A stretch of DNA of 64,000 nucleotides from Veleropilina oligotropha (GCA_048128005.1 JBEUKZ010000014.1:124001-188000), one strand, 5' to 3'. Numbered from the stretch's first letter, positions 40,008 through 54,640 are shown. A program made the numbers and translations. The notes: generated by a model from the sequence alone, not told the origin.

Positions 40008-43000
40008 ATGTTTATTATGAAAACTAAAAAAACAGAATGTATAATTTGTGACAAAAATACCCGAACGCAGAAAGTAAAATGTGCACTGTGCCTACAATAT
40101 GCGCATATAAAATGCATAAATAATATTTATACTAAAACAACGTTGAACTCGATTAGTGATACTTGGTACTGTAATAACTGTATTAGCAATATGTTCCCCT
40201 TTAATGCTATCGAAGACGACGATGAGTTTTTATTAGCCATTGACTGTTTACGCATCCCAGATGGTGTTGAATTTCAACGTATCAAAGACTTACATATTAA
40301 CCCTTTTCAATCTAATGATAAAATATACTATAAATAATGAAGACATTGACCCAGATAATGACTTTAACAACTCTGCTTTGAACCAAAAATGTGACTACCT
40401 TGTTCAAGATGAACTTAATGCTTTAACCAAAGACATGAGAGAAGATTCCACGTTTTCTCTGATTCATTTTAATTTCAGAAGCCTAAAAAAGAACCATTCC
40501 AATAGAGTCCAATATCTAGATACCTTAGATCATCAATTTTCTGTTATAGCTGTAACCGAAACATGGCTAAACAAAAGCAACGAGAATATACATGCAATTA
40601 ATAAATATAATGAACTGTTTAAATCTCGCTGTCATTCGACAGGAGGAGGTGTTGGGGCTTATATTCAAACTTCATATGATTTCAAAGAAAGATCAGATCT
40701 CGGTTTCTTTGATGAAGAGACGTCTGAATCTTTATTTATTGAAATTGATCAAAAGAGTGCGAAGAATATTATAATCGGTGTAATATACATACCCCGGGTA
40801 GAGATGTCGATGCGTTCTTAACAAAATTGGATCTTATACTATCGAAGATAAAGAAAGAAAATAAAACCGTCTTTCTCACAGGAGACTTCAACCTTGATTT
40901 GCTAAAATATGAATCACACGAATACACTAATACATTCTTAAACAATCTAATATCAAACTCTTTTTACCCGCTCACCACCAGGCCAACACGAATTACAGAG
41001 CATTCAGCCTCTCTAATAGACAACATATTTACCAATTAATTGCTGCATAAAATACATACCGGCATTCTTTTTACGGATATTTCGGACCACTTGCCCATAT
41101 TTTGTATAATTGAAGAATTGGCGCACTTAAATGACAAACCTAAAGTTAAACTTAAACACAATTATTCCAGACGAAACATCGATAATTTTACTAACGAACT
41201 TGACGTGATTGATTGGAACGACGTGTATTCAGCGCAAACCACCATCGACGCATACGACATGTTTATTTCTAGATACAAATCTCTGCATGATAGGTGCTTC
41301 CCGCTAAAAAAACTAAATCACGAAAGCCTTAAACGTAAACCATGGCTAAGTAGTGCACTTTTAACATCAATAAAGAGGAAAAATAAATTATATAAACACT
41401 ATTTAAATACATTAACTGCAAGTGCCAAATCAAGGTATAAAACTTACAAAAACAAATTAACATTTGCTGAACATTGCTAGAAAAACATATTATGCAAATA
41501 AGCTTTCGTTTGCTAAAGAAAACTTAAAAGAAACATGGAAAATAATAAAATCCGTAATTAATAAAAATAAGCACTCACAAGAAATACCGAGTAATTTTAA
41601 ACACAATGACAGTGAAATAACAGGTGACAACAACATAGCCAATCATTTTAACGAATTCTTTGTAAATATTGGTCCACAATTAGCGAAAAAAATCCCTTCT
41701 GTAGATGTAAATTGCTTGAAATATATGTCCGGTTCTTATGAAAACTCGTTTTTCTTTTCTCCAGTAAATGAAACTGAAATACTGTCGATCATATCTGATT
41801 TAAAGAATAAGAGAACATGTGGTCATGATGGAATATCAACATATATTATCAAATTATCATCAAGATTTATTGTATACCCTTTAACATCAATTAGTAACTC
41901 ATCGCTATTAACTGGTTCAGTACCAGAGAGCCTAAAAATCGCCAAGATTATGCCCGTTTTTAAAAGTGGAGACCTTTCAAAATTTTCAAATTATCGACCC
42001 ATTTCACTGCTGCCTGTAATCTCAAAAATATTTGAAAAAGTTGTCTATAATCGGCTAATAAATTATATTAATTCATACAATATTATATATAACAAACAAT
42101 ATGGATTTAGAAAAAATCACTCCACCTGTATGGCACTCATAGAATTAGTAGAGCAAATTTCAAACTCCATCGATAAAAATGAATTTACAATAGGAGTATT
42201 CATTGATTTGTCGAAAGCTTTCGACACTATAAATCACGAAATCTTATGCAATAAACTTCAATATTACGGCATACGCGGCATTGCTCTGGAGTGGTTTCGA
42301 TCATACCTAAGCAACAAAATGCAATATGTATGTGTGAGAACCTCTATGTCCACGATGAAACATATTTCATGTGGCGTTCCGCAAGGCTCCATACTTGGCC
42401 CGTTATTATTTCTTTTATATGTGAATGATTTATCCAACACTTCCTCACTGTTAAATTTTATTTTATTTGCAGACGATACCAACATATTTATGGCGCATAC
42501 AAATTTTCATACCATGATGCAAATTATGAACGAAGAATTGCGAAAAGTCAACTTATGGTTTAAAGTTAACAAATTATCCATAAATATCCCAAAAACAAAT
42601 TTCATCATATTCACCTCAAAAAACAAGTATTACCCAAAACACGAATCTTCAATCAATATTGAAAACACTGAAGTTAAGCAAGTTACTCAAACACAATTTC
42701 TAGGGGTTTCAATAGATGAGCGTATTAACTGGGGGGAACATATTAAGAATATTGGATCCAAGGTATCTAAAGGCATTGGTATTATATGTAAATTAAAAAA
42801 GGCATTGGTATTATATGTAAATTAAGACAATCTCTTCCATCTTATATTTTTCCCACCCTGTACTCTACATTAATATTACCATATTTCCAATATTGTGCGA
42901 TAATCTGGGCTGGTACTTATTCGACCAGACTCAATAAATTATATCTTCTACAAAAGCGAGCAGTGCGAATCATCTCATCCTCTCATTATCTCGCACATAT

Positions 43001-43657
43001 ATACAAGACCTATTTTCTATAAATATAAACAACTCGCAATTAATGACTTATATAAATTGCAAGTTGGAGTATTTATGTTTAAATTTTACCACAATTTACT
43101 ACCAACTACATTTAATGACTATTTCAAACTAAATCTCACTATCCATAACCACGACACAAGAAAATCCCACGATTTCCATATTAATAAATGCAGAACTCAA
43201 ACTAGGTTTGCCACTCTCAAATTTGTTGGCCCTCGTCTATGGAATTCGTTAGATGCATCTATAAAAAACTCACCGTCGTCTTCTACTTTCAAAGCAAACT
43301 TCAAGTCAAAACTAATAAGAGAATACCTTGATACGTAGAATTTCCAAACACAGTGTCACTTATTTCAATTATATAATAACTACTAGATTAAATTCACACT
43401 AGATTAATTGGAATAAAATTAATACTGTACCCTCTTTTCATTACTATCTTATTAGGTGGTCCTCTTTACAAGTTCTCGCGGACTTCTTCGGATCTCCTAT
43501 CCGCTTACATTATAATTACCGTAATTGAATATATGTTTTTTTATACTATTATTGTACTATATATGTATTAGCATACATGTATACTGTATTTTTTATATTA
43601 TTATTCTGTCATTATGATGTAATTGGAAAAATAAACAGTTGTTCATTCATTCATTCA
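40008..43657 (+). mobile_element. CR1/L2-group (Crack/Daphne-like) LINE: PHD finger, APE endonuclease and RT, disabled
   Basis: CxxC...CxxC...HxxC...WYCxxC PHD; HFNFRSL, AVTETWL, GGGVGAYI, GDFN, LIDNIF and SDHLPIF (APE); NYRPISLL, FIDLSKAFDT, GVPQGSILGPLLF and FADD (RT). 3' tail aataaa...(ttca)4. Several frameshifts and an in-frame TAA at 41037. The 5' boundary is uncertain. Confidence 0.95.
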
Positions 43658-43892
43658 CATCCTGTACACAGATACTCGGTCATTTTCCTGCGCCAATCTG
43701 TCTGCCAACGACCTCTGCCACTCCTCCATCCACGCATCCGCCTCCTCTTTTTTCTCCGTATTCAGTACCACGTCGTCCGCGAACATAATGTTCCATGGCA
43801 TTGCCCTTCTCACATCTGCCCGACCATCAATGGTGTTAGGAAAGAAGAAAGGTATTAATGCTGAACCTTGGTGTACCCGACATTAACCTCGA
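43658..43892 (-). pseudogene. RTE-clade reverse transcriptase fragment
   Basis: The minus strand gives V.VG.HQGSAL.P..F, MPWNIMFADDVVL, EEWQRSL and TEYLC across frameshifts. Confidence 0.8.
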
Positions 43893-46800
43893 GTATTAGT
43901 GTAGTGAATAAAACAACTTGTCCTTGAATAAAACAGCATTTTGTTATTAAATGTTATATCACAACCCTCTATATGCTTGTATGTTTATCCCATCATAGTG
44001 GATAATATCATCACAAATATCACCCATACCAATATAATCGACATATGGCACACTGCTCCGGTACGTGAGCCGCAAGTTTGGAGAAAACTTTTGGCACATG
44101 TCAATTTTGGCGTGCGATACGTTTTGTAGCACTTCTGTGGTAATGCCATCCAACACAATTGCGCATGGGTTCTCCGACACACTTGTTGCATGATCAAGTC
44201 ACGGATTTTCTGGAACAGGTCTCCCCGGCACGTCCTGCAATGTGCCTTCTGGACAAAATAATTTTCCTTATGAAATGATATGCTAATGGAAACATTCCAA
44301 CTCATGAATGCAATCTGATCCGATAGAGATGTTAAACCCAAGTCTACATTGCACTGTGGGGTCATACTTGTCATGGTCAGGAGCATGTAAACAAATGTTT
44401 TTTTCATTAGACAGATATGCTAAATGGGTCAAAAATGATATAGACAAATCGTCTGATCGGATAATGACGTTAAACCTTTATCTGGACTGCGTAACGGGAC
44501 TTTGTTTACCATTAACGGAAGATGCAGATACAATCCGCCTGATCTGATATAGACGTTAAACAGAGGTCCTGACTACACTGAGCCAATCCGATTAGTAGCC
44601 ATGGCCATGAATATGAAGAATTTTGTGCGAATGCGACGAATACGGAAAATTATATGCGCAAGTGTCAAAATGTTAGTATGCTTTTTTAATGATATTTATT
44701 GATGTTCGTGGATTATAGTCGCAAAATATTTTGAGATATTCTTGGCCAATATTGCGACATTTATGGCTACAAGTATCGATATTTTGCAACGTGTTTGGAT
44801 TGCGACATTTGTTGTCACGATATGGCGGAATCGACCACAAGTGACACTTACAGTAAAATTCATTATTACTGAGTACATTAGTCATATCACTATTCGAACA
44901 GAGTCATATTACTATAAATCAATACATTTAGGGTAGCACTGTGTATTAAAATTTCTGCTCTTAGCAATATTTTTATAGAAATTTCACAAAATAATATAGT
45001 TTGAAATTGCTGGCTTTTACAGGACATCACACTTTGAACAATGATTTACAGGATTACACCAACCAAAATTGCTATTCATGACAAACAAAGTATGTTGTAT
45101 ATGAAGCAGTCAAATATAATTGTGAGTGACGTAGATATTTAATTGATTTGACAAGTTACAGTATACCACATGCACCATGTGTACAATTGTATTGCTACTA
45201 TTATATAAAATTATTATGTCTACATTTTACTTTTATCATATTTCTTAAGTTAAAATCAATTTTATTTTAATTGTATGTAACATCTTTTAATTATGTACAT
45301 CAAACCTTGTTGTTCAATGAAACTCCATAATAGAGAAACTTCAAAGCATAGAGCAGATTATAACATTGAGAAAAATTTCAACATTTAACTTTATCAAATT
45401 TCCTAAGTTAAATGTCATAATATAATTTCATTTTTTAGTGTCAAATAAGAATTAAGTTACCTCCAATAATTCTGCTCAGGTGTCATGGTACATTAATATA
45501 AACATATCTAATATTCAAAGACGCTAGAAAGTTCCAATGGCAGTTATAGCCAAATTCATAAACTTTAACCAAAAACTTTAACAAGTATTTCTAAGTCAAA
45601 AAGTAGCATTTTGAAGTATAATTTTATATAAATCATATTCAATTTTAGTTTTATAATGTCGTGCAAAATCGGAAAATATTTATCTAAAATAAAAAAGGTG
45701 GAAAAGAGTGCACATGGTTGCCTATTGATCACGATTGAAAAACTTTAACATTTACTGCAGGCGGCAACAGACAACCGGACGGACATCATCATTACATAGA
45801 CTCGCATCTATGTTGCATGCGAACCAAAAATGAGGATATCATCAATATACACTAATGCAAATTTCCAGTAAAATGAAATGTAATTTTAAAATCAATGCTC
45901 AGATCTGTTTGCTAAAAAGTAGGCGAGTGCTAAACATATCTGCACATTTCACACCTTGTTGTACTCTTAATTAGTCAATTATTTAGTAATCAGACTCAGA
46001 CTCAGACCTGTTGTTAGACATAACCTGGACATAACTTGTTTGGTCAAGTGTTGCTGTTTTTTTTTTTAAAAGCGGAACCCGACTTACATCTACGTTCTTC
46101 ATTTTTCAACAGCATCTACATTTTACGGACTCTTGTTGGACAAAAATTCAGGTCACTTTCACAACTTGTCCATACGATGTTTCAAGTAACACCCACTTAT
46201 GTAATGGAATTTGGCAGTATCCCATATATGTTATGCAATTTAGGTAAAAACTCTGACACTGTACCGTAATCAAATATAATTGTTTCAAAAATACACATAA
46301 ATTGCAATCGGGGAAAAATACTTCTTTTGTAAACAAACGCTGTATGGCTATTGCGACTAAACGTTTGCTGCACATATTGCCACTTTATTTCTGCTGAAAA
46401 TATCTAAAATTGTCAATAGATCTACTTCCGCAACCTGATTTTGTTTATACCTTGACAATCCAGCAAAAAAGTGTGAATAATGTACCTGCTTAATCGTGAA
46501 ATATATGCAAATAAGTCAAATGTTTCACAGGTATATTGAACATGATAGAATGTCTGTCCTGGCTTCCTGACCAGCTGTGATTTCCAAATATGGCAATACA
46601 AAAATAGACAGGTGCGAGGTCAAAGGCCATGCTGGTCTAAAGCAAATTTACAAAGCCAATAAATAAGCTATGACCAAATGATGATGAAGTCATCGGTTCT
46701 CTTGAGATCACGAAAATCAATTGATGTTAAACCCGGTCAATACTTGGATAGTGAACATGCCAGCCAGGGGTCTCGGCTACCATATGACTCCAAAATTAGA

Positions 46801-47094
46801 AGTATATATAAAACATGCAATATAATAAATTATTACATATAATTTAAAAAAATGTGTATTAATTATTTATGGATTTTTTTATTGCAAAATATTTTCCTTC
46901 GTTTATTAGATGGATGCCATCAGATTGTTGGGAAATTAAATAAGAATAAAAATTTTGTGGCAGGCCACAAGAATTCCCGCGTGGTGGCTTAACATGTTAT
47001 AATAAATTCAATAAATAAAAATACCAGGGTATAAAGTGGCTAACATTAAAGCATATGTATGCAGTAATGCACTCATTGATAAAAAATCAAACAG

Positions 47095-48010
47095 AGCACA
47101 AATCTTTTGAAATAAAATGGTCACCGCGGCGTCGTGTCCTGACGTCATGCCAAACGCGTATATCAAATCTGAATGAAATAGGATAAGAACTTTTCACTGT
47201 AGAGCACACACGGCGGCCATCTTGACCCCGAAAGCAACGAAAGGCATCAAGTCAAGTCGTGTCCTCATCATAACTAATGCGCATACAAAATGGTCATCAG
47301 GGCGGTCACCGTGAATACGAAACGGACGATAATCATTAGGTGGCATATCATAGTCATAACTAATGTGTACACCTATTTTTAATCCAAGCGTATTAGAACT
47401 TTTCACTGTAGAACGCACAAAGAAATCTCTTCAAAATGCCCACGACAGAGGCAATCTTCAATCCGAAAATCGTTAAGGGGCGTGTCTTCATCATAACTAA
47501 CATGCAAACCGATTTTGAATCCAATCTGATTAGAAGTTTTGATAGTAGTACGCACACAAGAAATCTCTTCAAAACAAAATTGCCACCACAGCGACGATCT
47601 TGAATCTATAAACGACGAAAATCGTTACACGGCGGGTCCTAATCATAACTAACATCCGTATCGAATTTAAGCAACGTGGATGAAAATATTTTACTGTAAA
47701 GAACACACAAGAAATCTCTTCACAACAAAATGGCCACCACGGCAGCTATCTTCAATCCGTAAACGACGAAAATTGTTAGGCGGTGTAACCTCATCATAAT
47801 TAATGTGCATACCGACTTGAATAAAATCGGATTAGAAATTTTCACTGCAGAGCGCACACAAGAAATCTCTTCAAATCAAAATGGCCACCACGGCAGCCAT
47901 CTTGAATCCAAAAACGATGATAATCGGTAGGCGGTTTGTCCTCATCATAACTAACAAGCATACCAAATTTAAATCGGATTATAAATTTTCACTGTAGAGC
48001 ACACACAAAA
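47095..48010 (+). repeat. Tandem array of ~150-bp units (satellite-bearing dispersed element)
   Basis: caca.aagaaatctcttca...atggccaccacggc.gccatctt...cctcatcataactaa...ttttcactgtagagc repeats about six times. A further unit lies at 54660..54760. Confidence 0.9.
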
Positions 48011-48235
48011 AAACTTTATAAGTATGTCCAAAAAGACCATCATATTTCCATTAATTATAATAAATTTTATTAAATATGACTACCAAAGTATGAGATGATA
48101 TCCTTATAACCAATAACAAAGAATACATACACTAAAAAGTACATTGGACAACCCATATACACTCAACGAAAAACTTTAACCAAAATATTGATGCCGGTGT
48201 AAAGTCTGAAAAACTACCCCCTCCCAGAAACAATA

Positions 48236-49471
48236 TGCTGGTGTCATATGAAATTTTCACCCCCATGAAATAGTCACCCGGGGGGAATATTTCATAGAAA
48301 AAGCTATGAAAATTTCACCCCCGGGTGAATATTCCATAGCGAAATCTTCACCCCCCCTATGATATTTTCACCCCCCTCCCCCCACACAACATCCCTAAAA
48401 AACAGAAATTTCCTTTAATACATATCTTACATTGTCTTGTTATGACAGGCGTTAGTTTATCTGACAATATACTTTTTGAGGTATCTAGTATTATGTGAAG
48501 CAAAATAAATGTAAACATGGTCTGTAGTATTTGGTGAGGTTTTGACATGAACATAATAATATTTGATTGCATCTTGTATGCTAGTATTAAATGCGTAAGG
48601 TTTTCAATTTTACTACATTTGTTAGTTCAATGAAATCAATCAACCAAGTAACACTGGTTGGTTGCATTGTTCGTGTTTTCTGGCTGTAATTTGTACGTAA
48701 CTTGACTTCAAAGGAAAATGTTGACAAAATGAAAACAATTCAAGTAATTACTACAAACCAACTTGGGGATTACATGCATAAAGTTCATTTGTAATCAATG
48801 AACTTTTGATATTGTAAGACATTTTCCAAAGTGTATGTTGCTGAATTAATTTATCATTCGATTTCAGCGAATTGAAGATGTTTACACTTAATTACAGATT
48901 ATAACAATAGATGTATTCCCTACCAAAGATTACAATGTCAGGTATAACAACAACATTATTTTTATGTGATTTGTGATTATTTTATGTTAAACTATATTCA
49001 TCATATTACAATAATTAGTATAAGATATATGCATATAAACATGCATATTACAATAATTAGTATAAGATATATGCATATAAACATGACATTGTGTATATAC
49101 AAAATATTTCGGGTCGCGTCTTCTAATAAACTGTGTAAATCTTTAATAATAGTTGGAATAATCAAAGTATTATGATTCTTAATTTTAATTCAAAAGAAGT
49201 GGTCACCAAAACTAATTGATGTTATCACATCTTTGTCAGTGGAAACAAATTTTGATGATTTCAAACATGGGCCAGAAGTTGGTGAAATGTAGATCGCTTT
49301 TGATGAAAATCAATATAATTAATCCATCTGTCAAGGTTAAATCACCCAGCGACTTTCATCATGAAATTGCACGGGGGGTGAAAATTTCATAGTGGGGTGA
49401 AGATTTCGCTATGAAATATTCACCCGGGGGTGAATATTTCATGGGGGCGATAATCTCATCTCACACCGGCA
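48236..49471. mobile_element. Non-autonomous DNA transposon with ~100-bp repetitive TIRs and TA flanks
   Basis: tgctggtgtcatatgaaattttcacccccatgaaat... matches the reverse complement of ...atttcatgggggcgataatctcatctcacaccggca. TA on both sides; internal 42-bp duplication near 49001-49085. Confidence 0.85.
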
Positions 49472-50619
49472 TAAAAATACATGTGTTCTTTGAGGTGCTT
49501 TTAACATGTTATTGGCACATGTATGTTTATTGTGCTTTTAATAGTACATTATCACTTTACATACTTTAGTACGCATTACAGGGTTTGAAATTACACAATA
49601 TATTATTAATTAAACATATTAAATTATATCACTGTCACTCGAGTTTCGTTTTCATGTAATTTAATCCCACTACTAAGGTAACATTTTTCCCCTGAAGTAC
49701 TCCAGATGGTATATTCAGTCCAAAATGTATATAATACGAAGACATCATATATACTGTAGTACGAAGACATCATGGGCATTCATTCGTTTACCGACCATGT
49801 TATTGGTCTAACAGTCACTTTCTATATAAGCTTGAGAAACTCAGTGTTCTTGTACTGTGCACTTCGGAGATATTCTGCTGTTGTCATACAGAATTATATG
49901 ACATTCTAAACAATATATTATAACCAGTTTGTTTGCAAATTAAGCATTGCATTCCTTGCCATAATCAAGTTGACAATATATTTTAACTCTCTGCACCGTG
50001 CTGCCATGATTGTCCATGAAGATCCACAATGACATGCTAATTTGAAATACACTGGGAACTGCTCTGAGTAGGAGTTTCTTTGACCTGAAAGATAATAATG
50101 ATACATTCAATTAGATATTCGTCGAATGAAAAAAATTTCGCACTGTTCCCTGATGACAGGTCATAAAATTTAAAATAATGAAGATAATGAACATTGTAAG
50201 ACAATGGCCCATATGGTCATTGGCTAAGGCTATTATTTTTACTACAAATTTCTACATTTGTGTTAATTTTTGTGACCCGTCAGTGTGTTTGAGGGACCCT
50301 GAATTGTATCAACACTAAAGATAAACGGGTTAGTATCGATGACTGAATGTTTTGTTAGAATATTATTATAATTATATATATAGACCAGTATAATTTTGGG
50401 TTGACATAGACAAAATGTACATAAATTGACATGACATATCGTTGGAACTAAAAGTGCGGGGTTTTACCGGTATACTGCAATTTTTGCAGTCAACAGTACT
50501 GAAATGGTATTTTAATGTTACTGTTGAATAAACATCTTTACGATGGCATAGCAAGACATACTGGCAAATACGCAAGTATTTTATTATCAGTTATGTATTG
50601 TTTTGTCAATTATGCGGTC

Positions 50620-50781
50620 GAAAATTTCTTATGCAAATAAGCGGGAATCGAATAATTATCCATGCGATTAACCGAATATTTGCATATGATAATAATAGTA
50701 AAATATTCTGTTCCCAGAGATTATATATGCAAATAACCGGATTATGCAATTATGCGATATGCAATTAAGTGGATTCCACTG
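50620..50781. mobile_element. Tc1/mariner-pogo-like right end
   Basis: Repeated tgcaa.taa.cgg motifs ending ggattccactg followed by TA. Left end not found. Confidence 0.45.
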
Positions 50782-51764
50782 TATTAACAATTGAAGTAAA
50801 AAATTGCCACAGAAGCAGATTTTCTAAGTCCTAAAAGGTCAATTTCAGAATAACTGAGACATAGAATTTCCAAATATTTTCAAGATATGTTCAGAACATC
50901 ATAAGGAAGGCTCATGCCAAAGCAGATAAACTTTATCAGACAGTTTGAAGATTTTATCATTTCAAGTCAAAAGTTGAAGAAGGGTCGACGGACAAAGCGG
51001 TACGTGTATCAGTAAAGCTCAGTTGATTTTGTCACAGCAGAGCTAAAAACTAATCAGACAGTTTCGGAGATATTCACATTTGAAGTCAAAAGTTGCCACA
51101 GAAGCAGATTTTACGTCCCAAAATGTAAATTGCAGAAAACCCGAGATGTAGAATTTCCTAATGTTTTCAAGATATGTTCAGAACATCATAAGGAAGGCTC
51201 ATACCTAAGGTGAAAAAAAGTTATCAGACATTTTTGAAGACTACGTCTAAGCGGAGCTAAAACTCTCTGCTGAAATATTTAGAATATAGTTCACACAATA
51301 TCATCCACTCACCTACATGGAATTCAGTTAACTACTGCATGACTTCTTATATCGCAACTTCGGAATCTGATCGCATCGCCATTCTTCGCCTGGTCATTTA
51401 GTGGTAATTAACCTATAAGAAATGAAATATGTTTCAAAACTGAACAAAACTAGTAGAATTTGAAACTTGATTGTCATACAGTGTATTATAAAGTATTATA
51501 AATTGTGTACAATATGTGGCTTTATTGTACGAGTTCAGGTTGTGGTGAAAAGTGATATTGGACAAGACAAGCAGCACCTTGTCACAAAATATCTGGATGA
51601 AGTGCTGCTATACGATACGATTTTATACGAGTCTTATTTTGTTATGCAGATTTCTAGGCCCAAATAAGTTATGTATTATGCCGCAAAGTGTATACGAGCG
51701 ACGCACGTGCCGAAATCATAAACAGTTTCGAGGACACGGACATTCTGTCATTATCACTGTGTAG

Positions 51765-52427
51765 GGATCTGGAAACGGCAATGGGTTCCCCGGTGTCGCG
51801 TCTTGTATATGAATCTCTACATGGAACATTTCAAACACATAGCACTATTCACCTCGCCAGTCAGCCCATCTATTTGACTTCGCTATGTGGATGGCACGTT
51901 TGTGAAGATCCATGAATATGACGTAGAAGTGTTCTCGACCCACATTAACAGCATCGATCCGAACATTCGTTTTATCATTGAATCGGAGATCAACAACAAA
52001 CTCCTGTTTCTTGATCTGTGCATCAACATTTTTGATGACAGTGGCACTAAAATTACTCTTTACCGCAAGCCCACCCATACGGACCAGTACTTTCATTCGC
52101 ACCATCCGCTGGAACACAAACGATATGTTGTCCGTACAATATTGAGCAGAGCTGACAACTACGTCACGACGACACTAGACCAGCGCAAGAAACGTGAACA
52201 CGTGAGGAGTGCGCTTCGCTACAATGGATATGCCGAATGGGCCCTCAACATCCCGAAGCCCAAACCACCGCCTCTACCACAAGACACTACCGCCTCGATC
52301 ATGCCACAACATCGGCCACCTCTGATTGGTATACCATACATACAAGGTTTGTCTGAGAAACTCTCTCGTATTTACAAGTCCAATGGTATCAACACCTACC
52401 ATCAACCATCCAATAAATTAATATCTA
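51765..52427 (+). pseudogene. Penelope-like RT fragment (duplicated part)
   Basis: AMGSPVS, NLYME.F, RYVDG (degenerate YVDD), HINSIDPNI.F..E.E....L.FLDL, YRKPTHTDQY, IPYIQGLSEKL. Confidence 0.9.
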
Positions 52428-52500
52428 AACACGAGACGTAGAATTTCCTTATTTTTTCAAGATATGTTCAGAACATCATATGGAAGGCTCGTACTAATGT

Positions 52501-52960
52501 ACGTGTCACGAACATGTTACAGATACTGGGATGGGAACCTTTGGAACTCTGATGAGCACGAATCCGAGTAGTAATGTTCTACCGCCTGGCTAACAACTTG
52601 GTGGAGCTGCCCCTCGGCCAATACATCGTCCAGACCAACAATAGGACCCGAGGCTCCGCAGCCAACAACATCAGGCAAATACCAGCAAAGGCCGACGTTT
52701 TTAAATAATCCTTCCTCCCTCGAACAGTATAGTTATCTGGAATGCAGTAGTGTACCACCAGAAGTCCGGCAAGCACCAACATTGGCAGGCTTCAAGGTGG
52801 CCCTGGCCCAATTACCGGTGCCGGGACCTTTCATGCTGATATAAATCCCCATATTTTATTATTTTAATTGTAAATACACCCACAGACGTTTTTAGCTGTT
52901 GTCGACAGATGCTTTGGAGTATTTAACATTCAGATTGAGTTCACTCCAGGAAAGGAAGAC
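52501..52960 (+). mobile_element. 5'-truncated CR1-like LINE 3' end
   Basis: VTNMLQILGWEPL...R...MFYR..NNLV...RTRG...SFLPRT followed by a UTR and a purine-rich tail; absent from the first duplicate copy. Confidence 0.8.
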
Positions 52961-53504
52961 AAAAGTTATCAGACAGCTTTGAATACTACGTCACAGCGGA
53001 GCCAAAAACTCTCTGCTGACATATTTAGAATACAGTTCACACAATATCATCCACTCACCTACCTGGAATACAGTTAACTACTGCGTGACTTCTTATATCG
53101 CAACTTCCAATCGCATCGCCATTCTTCGCCTGGTCATTTAGTGGTAATTAACCTATAAGAAATGAAATATGTTTCAAAACCGAACAAAACCTACTAGAAT
53201 TTGATATTTGATTGTCATAAATGTGTATTATAAAGTATTATAAATTATGTACAATATGTGGCTTTATTGTACGAGTTCAGGTTGTGGTGAAAAGTGATAT
53301 TGGACAAGACGAGCAGCACCTTGTCACAAAATATCTGGATGAAGTGCTGCTGCGATTCGATTTTATACGAGTCATATTTTGCTATGCAGATTTCTAGGCC
53401 CAAATAAGTTATGTATTATGCCGCAAAGTGTATACGAGCGACGCACGTGCTGAAATCATAAACAGTTTCGAGGACACGGACATTCTGTCATTATCACTGT
53501 GTAG

Positions 53505-54640
53505 GGATCTGGAAACGGCAATGGGTTCCCCGGTGTCGCGTCTTGTATATGAAATCTTTACATGGAACATTTCAAACACATAGCACTATTCACCTCGCCA
53601 GTCAGCCCATCTATTTGACTTCGCTATATGGATGGCACGTTTGTGAAGATCCATGAATATGACGTATAAGTGTTCTCGGCCCACATTAACAGTATCGATC
53701 CGAACATTCGTTTTATCAGTGAATCGGAGATCAACAACAAACTCCTGTTTCTTGATCTGTGCATCAACATTTTTGATGACAGTGACACTAAAATTACTCT
53801 TTACAGTAAGCCCACCCATACGGATCAGTATATAATTAAACTTTCATTCGCACCATCCGCTGGAACACAAACGATCTGTTGTCCGTACAATATTGCGCAG
53901 AGCGGACAACTAGTCATGATGACACTAGACCAGCGGAAGAAACGTGAACACGTGAGGAGTGCGCTTCACGACAATGGATATGCCAAATGGGTCCTCAACA
54001 TCCCGAAGCCCAAACCACGTCCTCTACCACCAGACACTACCGCCTCGATCATGCAACAACACCGGCCACCTTTGATTGGTATACCATACATACAAGGTTT
54101 GTCTGACAAACTCTCTCGTATTTACAAGTCTTATGGTATCAACACCTACCATCAACCCTCCAATAAATTAATATCTATTTTGGTACACCCAAAGGACCGT
54201 ACCCCAGGCGAGAAGAAATGTGGCAAGGGTTATATAAACCAAATCAGTCCCTTGACCACTCCTACATCAGGGAAACCAAGCGTACCCTGGCGACTCTCTT
54301 CAAGAAGCATACCAGCCTCGATAAGCTTATGGGGGTGGGTGATCACTGCCAAGCCACCGGTCACTCAGTGTCACTAAGCAACACTTCAATCCTCACCCGC
54401 GAACCTGACTGGACCAAACGCAATGTCAATGAGGCCATTTACATCCGCCAACGTAAACCTACCATAAACCGTGACCAGGGATACCAACGTACTGCCCGTC
54501 ATCTACCACAGCCTGCTACCTGAGCGCCCCATGCCGCCAACAAGATCATTACGTGATCAGGACTGCTAGCTGAGCACTCGAAACGTCGATCGAACAATTC
54601 ACTATCATGTTCCAAAGTACCAAAGTAAGTTAAAATAAAT
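53505..54640 (+). pseudogene. Penelope/Poseidon-type element: RT C-terminus, GIY-YIG endonuclease and 3' end
   Basis: As 51765..52427, plus LVHPKD...KKCG, YI.ETKRTL...FK.H, EAIYIRQ.KPTINRDQG; frameshifted. Confidence 0.9.

Larger units (their letters stand above)
51138..54177 (+). repeat. Tandem duplication of a 1.29-kb unit (51138..52427 and 52428..54177; the second copy holds a ~460-bp insertion)
   Basis: Colinear copies with scattered substitutions and small indels. Confidence 0.9.

Noticed and set aside
43959..44407. Overlapping minus-strand ORFs with faint resemblance to an ATPase segment (KIRDLIMQQV/SENPCAIVLD)
   Set aside because: Needs a frameshift, and no Walker motif or other support is visible.
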